Assembly (NCBI GenBank): GCA_046582655.1
Contig: JAYGDX010000068.1
Span: 53,978-117,977, forward strand
Direction of reading: 5' to 3'
Length of the DNA: 64,000 nt
Origin: Candidatus Poribacteria bacterium
GTDB taxonomy: Bacteria; Poribacteria; WGA-4E; UBA9662
The notes beneath the pieces are model-generated. The model ran no database searches. It had not been told where the DNA came from and saw only the letters and a program-made list of their open reading frames with translations. Made by a program: the position numbers and the translations under genes. Positions 10,841-20,523 of this stretch are shown here, one piece after another; the stretch's first letter is position 1; every line of letters begins with the position of its first letter.

Positions 10841-13378
10841 TTGCAAGATCAAAAGACACGCTTAATCCATCTGTTACCGGTCGAACGTCAAACCAAGACC
10901 GAAACTCAGGATTTGATACGCGGTTTTACAGACGCGGAATTGGCAGAGGCACAAGTAATCGTGCCAGAGAGAGAAGAACCAGGCCTGACTGCACCCATAC
11001 CGAGAAAGGTTCATGTATCTGGTCGTGCTTGGGTTGCCGATCAGGGAAGAGCAAATGGCTTAAGCGATGTACGCGTCACTGATGGAGAGTACATCTATCT
11101 GACAGAAGAAGATGGCACCTTTTCCTTTATCTTTGACATGGATGATGATCCACACTGCCGTTTTGTTGTGGTCGTCTGTCCAAGCGGTTACCGATTAACA
11201 ACGCCCTTTTTCCTACGCATCCCGCACGATGAAGAAACGGTAGAATACCAAGTCGACTTTGTTTTTCATACCGATATCCAAGATAGTCAATTTTCGTTTC
11301 TGGTAGCCAGTGATAGCCAGTTCACCCGGCCAGAAGCCATGATCAGCATAGCGAAAGATTTCGCCCAGATGACAGAAGAAGCCAAAGACCTTGCGTTTCT
11401 AATGACGGTTGGTGACCTGACCATGAGTGGCACACACTACCAGTGGGATATGTACGATCAAATTCAAGGTGCTTCTCAACTGCCGATTTATAACAGTTTT
11501 GGGGGGCATGATGGCAACTGTCTCACACCCCGTAGTACGCTCAACTACGAACTGCGGATTGGCCCGCCCTACTATTCGTGGGATTATGGTGGGGTTCATT
11601 TCGTTCAATTTGTGACCGAACATCGGTATCTCGGTGAGAGAGGTCAGACACGGCAAGATAAGTGGTTGGAAGCGGATTTAAAAATGGTCGTACCGGAAAC
11701 ACCCGTTATTGTTGCCACACATTACCCACTAAAGGCTGATTGGTTCGATCAACGAAAAGCTGAGGGCTTTAAGGTGATTTGTCAATTGGCTGCCCACTGG
11801 CATTGCGTCCAGGTCGGCAGTCGAGGGTCAGTCCCAGTCTTAATTACTGCTCCAGCCCGAGGATCGGATTGGGGATCGTATTCTAACGCTTACCGATGGG
11901 TGCACATTACCTCAAACGGTGTTCGAAGCGACCTCCGAGTTGCTGGACAATACCAACGACTGGAGGTCATTTCTCCGGCTGTTGCAACCACCCTCGGCCA
12001 ACAACCGATTCGTCTGTTGGCTTATGATTCGGCCAAGAAGGTAAAAACGGTGAGGTGTCGTCTGGCAGATCCAAATGGTGTTATCCAATCGACAGATCTA
12101 AAGCTTGACGGCGATTGGACATGGAAGGAACAGTTTAATCCACAAATTCCTGGTCAGTGGACGTTTGAACTAGATGCCACCGACCAACTCAACCAGTGTT
12201 GGCAACAGAAACATTTAGTTGAAGTCATTGATACGTGTTTAGCTGATCCTGTGATTGGTGGCGACTTTCCTTGGATCTTAGCTGGAGACCCTCCCCGCGT
12301 ATTAGCAGAAGGACCGGAACCTCCACTTTATCCACTTTGGATACAGCACACTGGTTCTGTTCATGTCCTACATGCTTCACCTGTCGTCGCTCACGGCCAT
12401 GTGTATGTGGCTGTAACCAACCCAAACGCGGGTGAGATCTTTCATGGAATCTGCTGCTTTGAGGCCAAAACGGGGCAGGAAATTTGGAGGAGTCCATCGC
12501 CACGAGGAGATATCCGCGGGGCAGTGACGGTTCATGAGGATTGCGTTTATACAGTGACAGGCCAAGGATGGGCTGCTGCCTATATGGCCAAAACAGGAGA
12601 ATTGTTGTGGGCACAACCACTAAAGCCGGCTTATGCCGACGGTCGTCCGCTAGCCATTAACCAAACACCACCGATTCCGACAAAATTCGGCCTATTGGTA
12701 AGCGATTGGCAGTCACCACAGTTCCTGCTTAATTACCAGACTGGTGAGGAAATCAGGCAATTCGACATTGATATTGGTTATTATGCAGCCTTCGCCACCA
12801 TTTTCGACGACATCCTTTACATCGCGCGCCGTTACGGGTGTTCGGCTATTCGGTTGCCTTTAGGAGAAGTGGTGTGGGAAGGTGAGGAATCTGCCCGATC
12901 AACCTCGGCCGGAATTGTTGTTGATGGAAAATTTATATATCGCACGGCATCGAGCGTGAAGGCACTGGATACCGAAACTGGAGAAGAAATCTGGGACACA
13001 CCTGTGGCCAATGCCGGGTTCCAGAACCCAATTCCGGTTGTATGGGATGATCTGGTGTTGGTCAATGGTACGCACTTTACTGCCATTGACTTGGTCACGA
13101 GCGAGATCCGATGGGAGGTTGCCTGTGCGCAAGACGCATCCAGATTTGAACGCTCCCAGCGTCAAACTATGGCCGGAAGTTCTACACCAATCGTTGCTGG
13201 AAATTATGCCTATTTTGGCCATGACGACACCTCAATTCGAACCGTCAATAACCAAGGCCATCTGGTCTGGGTGTATCGGCTTGGTACGCCAATCAAGACT
13301 GCACCTGTGGTTTGCGGAAATTTACTTTTTGCTCACGATTACTCAGGAAACCTGTGGTGTTTCGCGCCAACCGTCTGA
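10841..13378 (+). CDS. Metallophosphoesterase fused to a PQQ-like beta-propeller repeat domain
   Basis: TTG start 10 nt after GGGAG. An N-terminal beta-sandwich-like segment is followed by calcineurin-type motifs (ASDSQF, VGDLTMSG, GGHDGN, VATHYPL). The C-terminal half has repeated ...G.(V/L)Y....G...A.(D/A)..TGE..W units typical of PQQ/BamB-like propellers. Confidence 0.7.
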   Translation: MQDQKTRLIHLLPVERQTKTETQDLIRGFTDAELAEAQVIVPEREEPGLTAPIPRKVHVSGRAWVADQGRANGLSDVRVTDGEYIYLTEEDGTFSFIFDMDDDPHCRFVVVVCPSGYRLTTPFFLRIPHDEETVEYQVDFVFHTDIQDSQFSFLVASDSQFTRPEAMISIAKDFAQMTEEAKDLAFLMTVGDLTMSGTHYQWDMYDQIQGASQLPIYNSFGGHDGNCLTPRSTLNYELRIGPPYYSWDYGGVHFVQFVTEHRYLGERGQTRQDKWLEADLKMVVPETPVIVATHYPLKADWFDQRKAEGFKVICQLAAHWHCVQVGSRGSVPVLITAPARGSDWGSYSNAYRWVHITSNGVRSDLRVAGQYQRLEVISPAVATTLGQQPIRLLAYDSAKKVKTVRCRLADPNGVIQSTDLKLDGDWTWKEQFNPQIPGQWTFELDATDQLNQCWQQKHLVEVIDTCLADPVIGGDFPWILAGDPPRVLAEGPEPPLYPLWIQHTGSVHVLHASPVVAHGHVYVAVTNPNAGEIFHGICCFEAKTGQEIWRSPSPRGDIRGAVTVHEDCVYTVTGQGWAAAYMAKTGELLWAQPLKPAYADGRPLAINQTPPIPTKFGLLVSDWQSPQFLLNYQTGEEIRQFDIDIGYYAAFATIFDDILYIARRYGCSAIRLPLGEVVWEGEESARSTSAGIVVDGKFIYRTASSVKALDTETGEEIWDTPVANAGFQNPIPVVWDDLVLVNGTHFTAIDLVTSEIRWEVACAQDASRFERSQRQTMAGSSTPIVAGNYAYFGHDDTSIRTVNNQGHLVWVYRLGTPIKTAPVVCGNLLFAHDYSGNLWCFAPTV

Positions 13379-13433
13379 ATTTTGAATTGCCCTTCATCGT
13401 CTGACCTTCTATAACCATATTCGAGGAGTGAAC

Positions 13434-14828
13434 ATGTTAAGATCCCAGTTTTATCCACTTATATTTGGAATTTCGGTGACAATAATCCTAATTGGTTGCC
13501 AGCAGAAATCGACCGATAAAAACAGGCAGAGTACAAAAGGCAATCAGGTCACCACCTTGATTGTGCGTTGCAAAGCAAAACCACCTACTGAAGACTGGCG
13601 CGGAAATAACCTAATTGCTGCGGCAGAAGTGGTGAACGCAGAATTACAAGCGGCAGAGGATAAACGCAGTGTTCGAATTCAACTGATTCAGGATGACAAA
13701 GACTGGGGTGCATACAAGACGGAGTTTGAGCTGGCATCGGATGCCAATCAAGCCTCAGATATTATCCTTTCCGGGCATGAACATATTGGGGATTGGGCCT
13801 CTGCCAACTTGATCCTGCCCATTACAGACAAAATACCAAACCATCCCGAATTTAGTGACGTTATTCCATCGTTATGGCAGGCGACAGAATGGAATAGCGA
13901 AAGATGGGGTATCCCGCAAGATGCCGAAGTGCGCCTCTTATACTATAGTAAACCGATCCTGCGGAAACTTGGCTGGAGCGATGAAAAAATTGAAAATCTG
14001 CCGACTCAAATTACCAAAGGTGAATTTACTTGGCTAGACATGCTTCAAGTGGCCAAGCAGGCAGTAAATCAAAAAATAGTAGTCCCTGGGAATGGTTGGT
14101 GGCATCGTTCTCAGAATGGGCCTGACTTCTTATATTATTATTTAGCCCACGGCGGCGAAATCATCAACCAAGATGGAATTCTTGTCTTTGACCGACAGGC
14201 TGTTTTGAAAGTCTATCAACTATTGTATTCTGCCGCCCACGAAATACGGGTGCTCTCACCCAACCTGATCGGTATGGATGCCAACGAATGGAATACCACT
14301 ATCAGTACGGCTAATAGAGTGCTCTTTTGGTTCGCTGGTTCGTGGAACTGGGCTGATTGGGCCACTAACTATCTCCAGGATTTTGGAGTTGAAGCGTTTT
14401 TATTCAAAAATGTTGGGTTCGCACCAATTCCGGCAGGATCGACCGGAAAGCCGATTACGCTGACACATCCGCTGGTATATATGATCAGTACCCAGTCGAC
14501 GCATCCAGACTTGGCCTTACGAGTAATTGCTAAAGCCACAACCAGAGAGTCTAATACCAATCACGCTGTCAGCAGTGCCCATTTGGGAATTTTGAAATCT
14601 CAGAAGAATTTTCCGCCTTATGTCAAGGCCAGATTTCTTAGCGAAGTAATGTATCTCCTCAATTTCACCACTTTTCTACCAAATAGTACACACTGGGGCA
14701 GTTGGTCGGACGCGTTTTTCCTGGGAATTCAAGCGGTAGAGTCTGGGGATCTAAAACCAGCACAGGCTTTAGAGGTCATTGAAGGTCAAATCAAAAACGA
14801 TCTCGGAAATCAGATCATTATTCGTTGA
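13434..14828 (+). CDS. ABC transporter extracellular solute-binding lipoprotein (family 1, sugar type)
   Basis: ATG 13434 lies 5 nt after GAGGAG (GTG 13428 is an alternative start). Signal peptide with lipobox LIGC. Size and W-rich pattern fit sugar-type SBPs, and the gene sits directly upstream of the permeases. Confidence 0.8.
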   Translation: MLRSQFYPLIFGISVTIILIGCQQKSTDKNRQSTKGNQVTTLIVRCKAKPPTEDWRGNNLIAAAEVVNAELQAAEDKRSVRIQLIQDDKDWGAYKTEFELASDANQASDIILSGHEHIGDWASANLILPITDKIPNHPEFSDVIPSLWQATEWNSERWGIPQDAEVRLLYYSKPILRKLGWSDEKIENLPTQITKGEFTWLDMLQVAKQAVNQKIVVPGNGWWHRSQNGPDFLYYYLAHGGEIINQDGILVFDRQAVLKVYQLLYSAAHEIRVLSPNLIGMDANEWNTTISTANRVLFWFAGSWNWADWATNYLQDFGVEAFLFKNVGFAPIPAGSTGKPITLTHPLVYMISTQSTHPDLALRVIAKATTRESNTNHAVSSAHLGILKSQKNFPPYVKARFLSEVMYLLNFTTFLPNSTHWGSWSDAFFLGIQAVESGDLKPAQALEVIEGQIKNDLGNQIIIR

Positions 14829-15063
14829 AGTTAATGATTATATTATAATCATACGCACAAATACTATAGTTATTTAGATCGGAATTTTTTTGTCGCGTTT
14901 TGCCTGAGTTCGTATTGAGGCCTCTAATATATTGAGAAAGATGGGCTTCCAAAGGACGAAAAGCAGTCAAAAGATACGAGAAGAAGCGACAGCTCTTTTC
15001 CTTTCTCTCTATTTCTTCTGGTATAGGTAAATTGATAAAAACCAATCTAGTTTTAGCAAATTT

Positions 15064-16014
15064 ATGACGATTGACAATCCCAATACCATGCCCCACCGGA
15101 GGAAAATATGGCGGTCACTGAGTGTGTGGATCTTTATGGGGCCGGCGGCATTCTTGGTGACTGTGTTTTTCTTCATTCCCGTAGTGATCCTGATTTGGAT
15201 CAGTTTAACCAATCTATCTAGTCAGAACTTCGGTAATCCCGAGTTTATTGGTTTAGCAAATTATGTCAGGTTGTTCAAAGATCGATTCTTCTTGAAGATT
15301 TTGGGAAATACCTTTTTCTACATGGTGATAACGTTAAGCTTTTTTAACATTGGGCTGGCCCTGCTCTTGGCACTACTAACTACCCACATCAACCGTCAGG
15401 CGGGTTTTTTCTTTCGCGCTATTTGGCTGCTACCACGGATCACGCCTTCGGTAATCTACATTATGATGTGGAAACGATTAGCTGCCAGTGAGCCGTACGG
15501 TATTATCAATCAACTTCTAAGCCCGTTCGGGGTCGAAGCTCAAAACTGGCTCTGGACCAGACCGTGGCTATTCGTTATCTTGGTGAACGGCTATATTGGA
15601 GCCTCGTTCGGTATGATTATCTTTACCTCTGCTATTGAATCGGTTCCTAAAGACCTGATCATGGCGGCCAGAGTCGATGGAGCGTCAACATTGCAGATCA
15701 TTGGCGATATTACGCTTCCGCAAATGAAGTGGCCGCTATTGTTCGTGACAACTTATCAGACCCTTTCCTTATTAACCTCTTTTGAATTTATCTTACTACT
15801 AACTAATGGCGGTCCCGGCTTGTATAAAACGGAGGTCTGGGCGTTGGCAGCTTACCATCGAGCTTTAAGAACCTACTTCGGCAACAACCAGTGGGGCTAT
15901 GGCGCGGCTTGGGGATTCATTCTGGTGATCATCGGCATTATCCTGTCGGTTGTCTATTTACGTGTTTTTCGATTTAATCGACTCGTTCGAGAACCCAGAA
16001 TCGATGTGGTCTAA
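15064..16014 (+). CDS. ABC sugar transporter permease (MalF/UgpA-like)
   Basis: Six predicted TM segments. The EAA-type loop AARVDGASTLQIIGDITLPQM is present. Confidence 0.85.
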   Translation: MTIDNPNTMPHRRKIWRSLSVWIFMGPAAFLVTVFFFIPVVILIWISLTNLSSQNFGNPEFIGLANYVRLFKDRFFLKILGNTFFYMVITLSFFNIGLALLLALLTTHINRQAGFFFRAIWLLPRITPSVIYIMMWKRLAASEPYGIINQLLSPFGVEAQNWLWTRPWLFVILVNGYIGASFGMIIFTSAIESVPKDLIMAARVDGASTLQIIGDITLPQMKWPLLFVTTYQTLSLLTSFEFILLLTNGGPGLYKTEVWALAAYHRALRTYFGNNQWGYGAAWGFILVIIGIILSVVYLRVFRFNRLVREPRIDVV

Positions 16015-16016
16015 AA

Positions 16017-16922
16017 GTGATGTTTGAAAAAACGTGGAACAAAACAGGTCGAGTGTATGGCCCTAAACGCATTTTTGGCAATATGATAGTCTATTTGCTT
16101 CTTGTTATCATTACCATACCAATTCTAGTTGGTTATGCTTGGTTGGTCATCGCCACATTCTCGCACCGAACTGAGGGATTGCTACCCAAAAATGTTGCTG
16201 GCAATATCGGAGGCTGGACGTTGCAGAACTGGGGTTTTGTAACAAATCCCCACATTTGGCAAATGACATTGAATTCTTTTATCATCGCTATCAGCATGGT
16301 GATTGGGGTTGGATCGATTTCATCACTGGCAGGTTATGCGTTGTCCCGAATGAATTTCATCGGTCGGAGAGGGTTCCTGTCGATGACTATCGTCCTGCAC
16401 GCTTTTCCTAGTGTCACTTTGCTAATCTCAATTTTCTTTGTCCTAAGATTTATCACCAATATTCCGGGAATTGGTTCGGTCTTAGGTTACAATACTGCTG
16501 GTGGTATTGCGCTGGTGATGATTAGTTTGGATCTCCCTCTGGGAATCTGGCTAATGAAAGGGTTTTTCGACAACGTCTCATGGGATACAGAGCAATCGGC
16601 TTTGATTGATGGGGCTTCACGACTCCGCATTTGGTGGGAAATTATTCTGCCACAGATCAAGCCAGGGTTGGCCGCGCTGGCTATTTTCACCTTTCTAACG
16701 GGATGGTCGGCCTACCTTGTACCAGCGACTTTCACGATTGGTACTCAGATGGCGAATTTACCGGTTTATTTAAATCAACTACAAGGAGACACAGCGTTGA
16801 CCAACTGGAACATAGTGGCAGCGGTAGGTCTGTTTCAATTGGTACCAGTCCTCATGTTCTTCATCTTCTCCCAGAAATTACTACTGAATATCTACTCCGG
16901 CGGTGTCAAAGGCGGAGTTTAA
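16017..16922 (+). CDS. ABC sugar transporter permease (MalG/UgpE-like)
   Basis: Starts 2 nt after the upstream stop. EAA loop SALIDGASRLRIWWEIILPQIKP. Polytopic. Confidence 0.85.
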   Translation: MMFEKTWNKTGRVYGPKRIFGNMIVYLLLVIITIPILVGYAWLVIATFSHRTEGLLPKNVAGNIGGWTLQNWGFVTNPHIWQMTLNSFIIAISMVIGVGSISSLAGYALSRMNFIGRRGFLSMTIVLHAFPSVTLLISIFFVLRFITNIPGIGSVLGYNTAGGIALVMISLDLPLGIWLMKGFFDNVSWDTEQSALIDGASRLRIWWEIILPQIKPGLAALAIFTFLTGWSAYLVPATFTIGTQMANLPVYLNQLQGDTALTNWNIVAAVGLFQLVPVLMFFIFSQKLLLNIYSGGVKGGV

Positions 16923-16939
16923 ACGCTGTAAAAAAAGCG

Positions 16940-18010
16940 ATGAAGGTCCAACTCGAAAATTTGACTAAGCGATGGGACGATGTCATCGGTGTAGACGCAA
17001 TCAACCTTGAAATAAAAGATGGTGAATTCGTTGCCCTTCTGGGACCATCAGGTTGTGGTAAAACAACGACCCTTCTGATGGTTGCTGGGATCTATCAACC
17101 TACTTGGGGAACTATTCGTTTCGACGATCGAGTGGTAAACTATCTGCCACCTAAGGATCGTAATATAGGGATGGTATTCCAGAGTTACGCGCTTTATCCA
17201 CATATGACGGTAGCACAGAACATTGGTTATTCGCTTAAGCTGAAGAAGGCACCAAAAATTGAGATCAACCAAAGTGTCCAGCAGGTAGCGGATAAGATGG
17301 GAATTGGGGATCTGCTTCACCGGAGGCCATTTCAATTGTCAGGTGGACAGCAACAGCGAGTAGCTCTGGGGCGTGCCTTGGTCAAGGAACCCGCGCTTTT
17401 ACTGTTTGATGAGCCTCTGTCTAATCTGGATGCTCGCCTGCGCCTCTCGATGCGTCGGGAGATTAAGCGGTTGCAGGTTGAACTGGGGATTACGGCACTC
17501 TACGTCAGCCATGATCAAGTGGAAGCCATGACGATGGCGGACCGAATTGCGGTGATGAAAGATGGTAGGATTCAGGACTATGCCACGCCCGACAAGCTTT
17601 ATAATCAGCCAAAAACAATCTACACTGCGGGCTTTATTGGTAACCCTCCAATGAATTTTTGGCAGGTGGAGATTAGTCAGGCAGACGGACAATTTCAGGC
17701 TCAAGGTGGAGGTGTTTACTTGACCTTACCGCCTGAAAAGGGGACAGAGGCGATTGGTGCTAACCCTGTCACTGTCGGTATACGACCTGAAGACATTATA
17801 GTATCGGATCAAGGTGTATCAGGCGAGGTTGTTTCTGTTGAGCCTCTTGGTCGTGATGACTTGATTGGTGTTCATATTGGAGACATTGAGGTTCATGCAC
17901 TTGCAAACCCCAAGCACAATTTCAGTGAAGGAGGTCACGTTAAACTGAATTTTAACACTCAAAAAGTCCAGCTTTTTCATTCGGATACCGGGCGATCACT
18001 TCTCTGGTGA
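16940..18010 (+). CDS. ABC transporter ATP-binding protein (MalK/UgpC-like)
   Basis: ATG 16940 (MKVQLENLTKRW). Walker A GPSGCGKTT, signature LSGGQQQRVALGRAL, Walker B LLLFDEPLSNLD, and a C-terminal TOBE-like domain. The ORF-track start at 16631 overlaps the permease and is rejected. Confidence 0.9.
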   Translation: MKVQLENLTKRWDDVIGVDAINLEIKDGEFVALLGPSGCGKTTTLLMVAGIYQPTWGTIRFDDRVVNYLPPKDRNIGMVFQSYALYPHMTVAQNIGYSLKLKKAPKIEINQSVQQVADKMGIGDLLHRRPFQLSGGQQQRVALGRALVKEPALLLFDEPLSNLDARLRLSMRREIKRLQVELGITALYVSHDQVEAMTMADRIAVMKDGRIQDYATPDKLYNQPKTIYTAGFIGNPPMNFWQVEISQADGQFQAQGGGVYLTLPPEKGTEAIGANPVTVGIRPEDIIVSDQGVSGEVVSVEPLGRDDLIGVHIGDIEVHALANPKHNFSEGGHVKLNFNTQKVQLFHSDTGRSLLW

Positions 18011-18021
18011 GAATTGGCCTA

Positions 18022-18720
18022 CTAAAAAACTTCAACTTCTAAATCGTCAAACCATGATGTTCCTCTCCCATCCTGACGGAGGTAGATATAACTCGCACTG
18101 ATCTCTGGTGATGGCAGTCTATGAATTTCAATGCTGACGCGGGGCTGTTATTGGTTCCCACTAATTTCTGTGAACAGATGTAAGGGTAATGTTGCGGATA
18201 ATTATAAATACCCTGCGAAGCGCTAGAGGCGCACCGCGACCATCCAGCTCCTCAGTTTTATGTAAGCACTGACACGGAACCTTGTCAGTTATGTCCATTT
18301 CTGAGTCTGACACCGTCACTCTCTTGATTCATAACCCACTCATTGGGATCATCAATGTCCTTGAAGATTTTCAGTGAGAAGTCGTCAGATTTCCAAAATC
18401 TTGGCACCAAATTGTGCCATCGCCCTGTGGCAACTACGGCTAAGGATCGGTATTACCTGAGGTTGGTTAGTTCAACCGAAGTCCCTTTTCAAGACTGTTA
18501 AAAGCTCGTAAAGAGGCAGTTTCTCAAAATCGTTTTAGCTGACAGAGTCGAATCCGAAACGAGCAGAGGGAATTATACAATTCTCAGCGTGGTAGTATCC
18601 AGTAAAGTGAGTGTCGTAGCCCCAGTTGTACACACTAATCAGGGGATAGGAAGCGGTCTCACCAACAAATTCAAAAGTCGGGTTGTCACCCTATTCGTAA
18701 ACCAGAACAAAAATGAATCA
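18022..18720 (-). pseudogene. Decayed gene remnant of unknown function
   Basis: No long ORF is present. Minus-strand fragments read like protein: GDNPTFEFVGETASYPLISVYNWGYDTHFTGYYHAEN, WHNLVPRFWKSDDFSLKIFKDIDDPNEWV, and ...YIYLRQDGRGTSWFDDLEVEVF followed by a stop. They are broken by frame changes and stops, including an in-frame TAG. Confidence 0.35.
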
Positions 18721-18886
18721 CACTTCTGGTAGGATTGAAGTGCGTTCGGCTCTGGGAAGGATGGATATAGTACGAGTGCTATTAAGGGAAAGTTATGAGT
18801 ACAGGATTCTCTTAACTTATGATATAGTGAATCAGATTCTTAGAGACTCGATTAACTGCTGTTGATGATAATTCCGGAGATGGTTG

Positions 18887-20411
18887 ATGAAAAACCGAGT
18901 TATCGCTGTACTGGTGTCAGTCTGTTTGCTATCTTTTTTTACCCTTGAGGCTGAATCTGCTGAAAACGAATTACCTGATCAAGAATTGTCGCGACTCCTC
19001 AGTCAGTTGCGTGATGGAGACACCGAGACTCGTATTGATGCTGCCGTTGCTCTGGCGTAGATGGGCCAGATTGCGAATCAGGCATTCTCCTCCCTAATCC
19101 TAGCCTTGAGTGATGACGATGCCTAGGTTCGAGCGACTGTTGCCTATGCGCTGGGTCAAATTGGTGTGTCGGATAGAACTGCTGTTCTGGCTTTGGTTAA
19201 ATCACTGAGTGATGTTGATTGGAGGGTTCGCCGTGACGCAGCTGATGCACTGGCCGAAATTGGTGTGCCGTCCGGTCCCAACCGAAAGGCTAGAGGTCGT
19301 TTCCCCTTTAATCCGAGCCTTGAGAGATGATAATCCCCAAGTTCGAGCCAATATTGCAAATGTCTTGAGCGGCATTGGAGAATCTGCCAAACAAGCAGTT
19401 CCCACTTTAATCCAAGCCTTACATGATGGTGATGTACAGGTTAGAGCTAATACGGCAGACGCTTTAGGAAAGATTGGGCAACCACTGGAACAGATTTTGC
19501 TGGCGCTTATCTACGCCTTAGATGATAATCAAGCTCTCGTTCGAGCAAACGCTGCGGACGCCCTCGGTGGAATAGGTCAACCAGCTAAGCAGTCTGTGCC
19601 CGCATTGATAAATGCTGTCAATGATGAGGACAAGTGGGTTCGGATCAATATTGTCATGGCGCTAGAGTTAATCAAAGAACCTACAGATGCGGTTGTTACC
19701 TGCTTGGCGGCCACTCTGGATGACGCGGACCAACGCGTACGAAGTTTTTCAGCTATTGGGTTGGGCGGTATCGGCCAGGCAGCTAAAAAAGCGGTTCCCA
19801 CTTTGATACGGGCATTGGATGACCGGGTAACCGAGATACGTGTCAACGCGGCTGAAGCCTTGGGATTGATAGGACATCCTTCGAAACAAGCAGTTCCGAG
19901 TTTATTGGAATTATTACAAAATCAATATGCTCAAGTGCGTGGAAGTGCGGCCGACGCTCTTGGAAGAATTGGGCATCCAGCCGAAGAAATTGTATTAGCG
20001 CTAATACAAAGGTTGAACGATGATGACAGTAGAGTTTGCAGAGTCGCGACTATTGCTTTAGGAAGGATTGGTACGTCAGCCGAGCCCGCTGTTCCACGCC
20101 TGATCCAGAAACTGAAAAGCGATGATATCCAGATCCGCGGTTTATCCGCCATAGCCCTGGGAAATATTGGAGCCGTTGCTGCACCGGCGGTACCAGACTT
20201 GATTCAAGCATTAAACGATCAAAATGAAAAGGTTCGTGGAATGGCGGCTATGGCTTTAGGAGGCATCGGGGAACCTGCTAAATCAGCTGTTTGGGCATTG
20301 ATACCAATGCTGAATGGTGAAAGCAAGCGGATCCGCGATTTTACCGCCCAAGCATTGGAGGCAATCGGTACTGTTGAAGCACGATCAGCCCTAAATCGTT
20401 ATCGTTGGTAA
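18887..20411 (+). pseudogene. HEAT (PBS-lyase-like) repeat protein with a disrupted 5' region
   Basis: ATG 18887 gives a signal-peptide-like MKNRVIAVLVSVCLLSFFTLEAESA followed by HEAT units. There are in-frame TAG codons at 19058-19060 and 19124-19126 and a frame change near 19265-19275. After that, an intact array of about 11 units of 31 residues (VRAnaAdALGxIGxPAKQAVPxLIxALnD) runs to TAA at 20411. Confidence 0.7.
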
Positions 20412-20523
20412 GGGTATGGACCAAGTCCCTATTGTCAGTCACTAGAATCCTCTCATCGAATAAAAAGTAACTATCCAGACAATCGAACCAAAATATGTTC
20501 GGTGGTCTTAGATCAAGAACTTT

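Noticed and set aside
14831-14849. Perfect AT-only palindrome ATGATTATATTATAATCAT just after the SBP stop codon
   Set aside because: It is a very weak hairpin made only of A/T pairs with no T-run. It could be an operator, but nothing else supports a function.
16631-16939. Long 5' extensions of ORF-track entries (16631 for the ABC ATPase, 5919 for the deacetylase, 4037 for PhyH, 23349 for the SDR, 63793 for the last small gene)
   Set aside because: The extensions overlap the preceding genes or lack an RBS. Internal ATGs with good SD sequences and family-typical N-termini were used instead.
19290-20380. Regular periodicity of about 93 bp that could be mistaken for a repeat array or CRISPR-like structure
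   Set aside because: The periodicity is the 31-codon HEAT/PBS-lyase repeat of a continuous ORF. There are no conserved direct repeats with unique spacers and no cas genes in the window.
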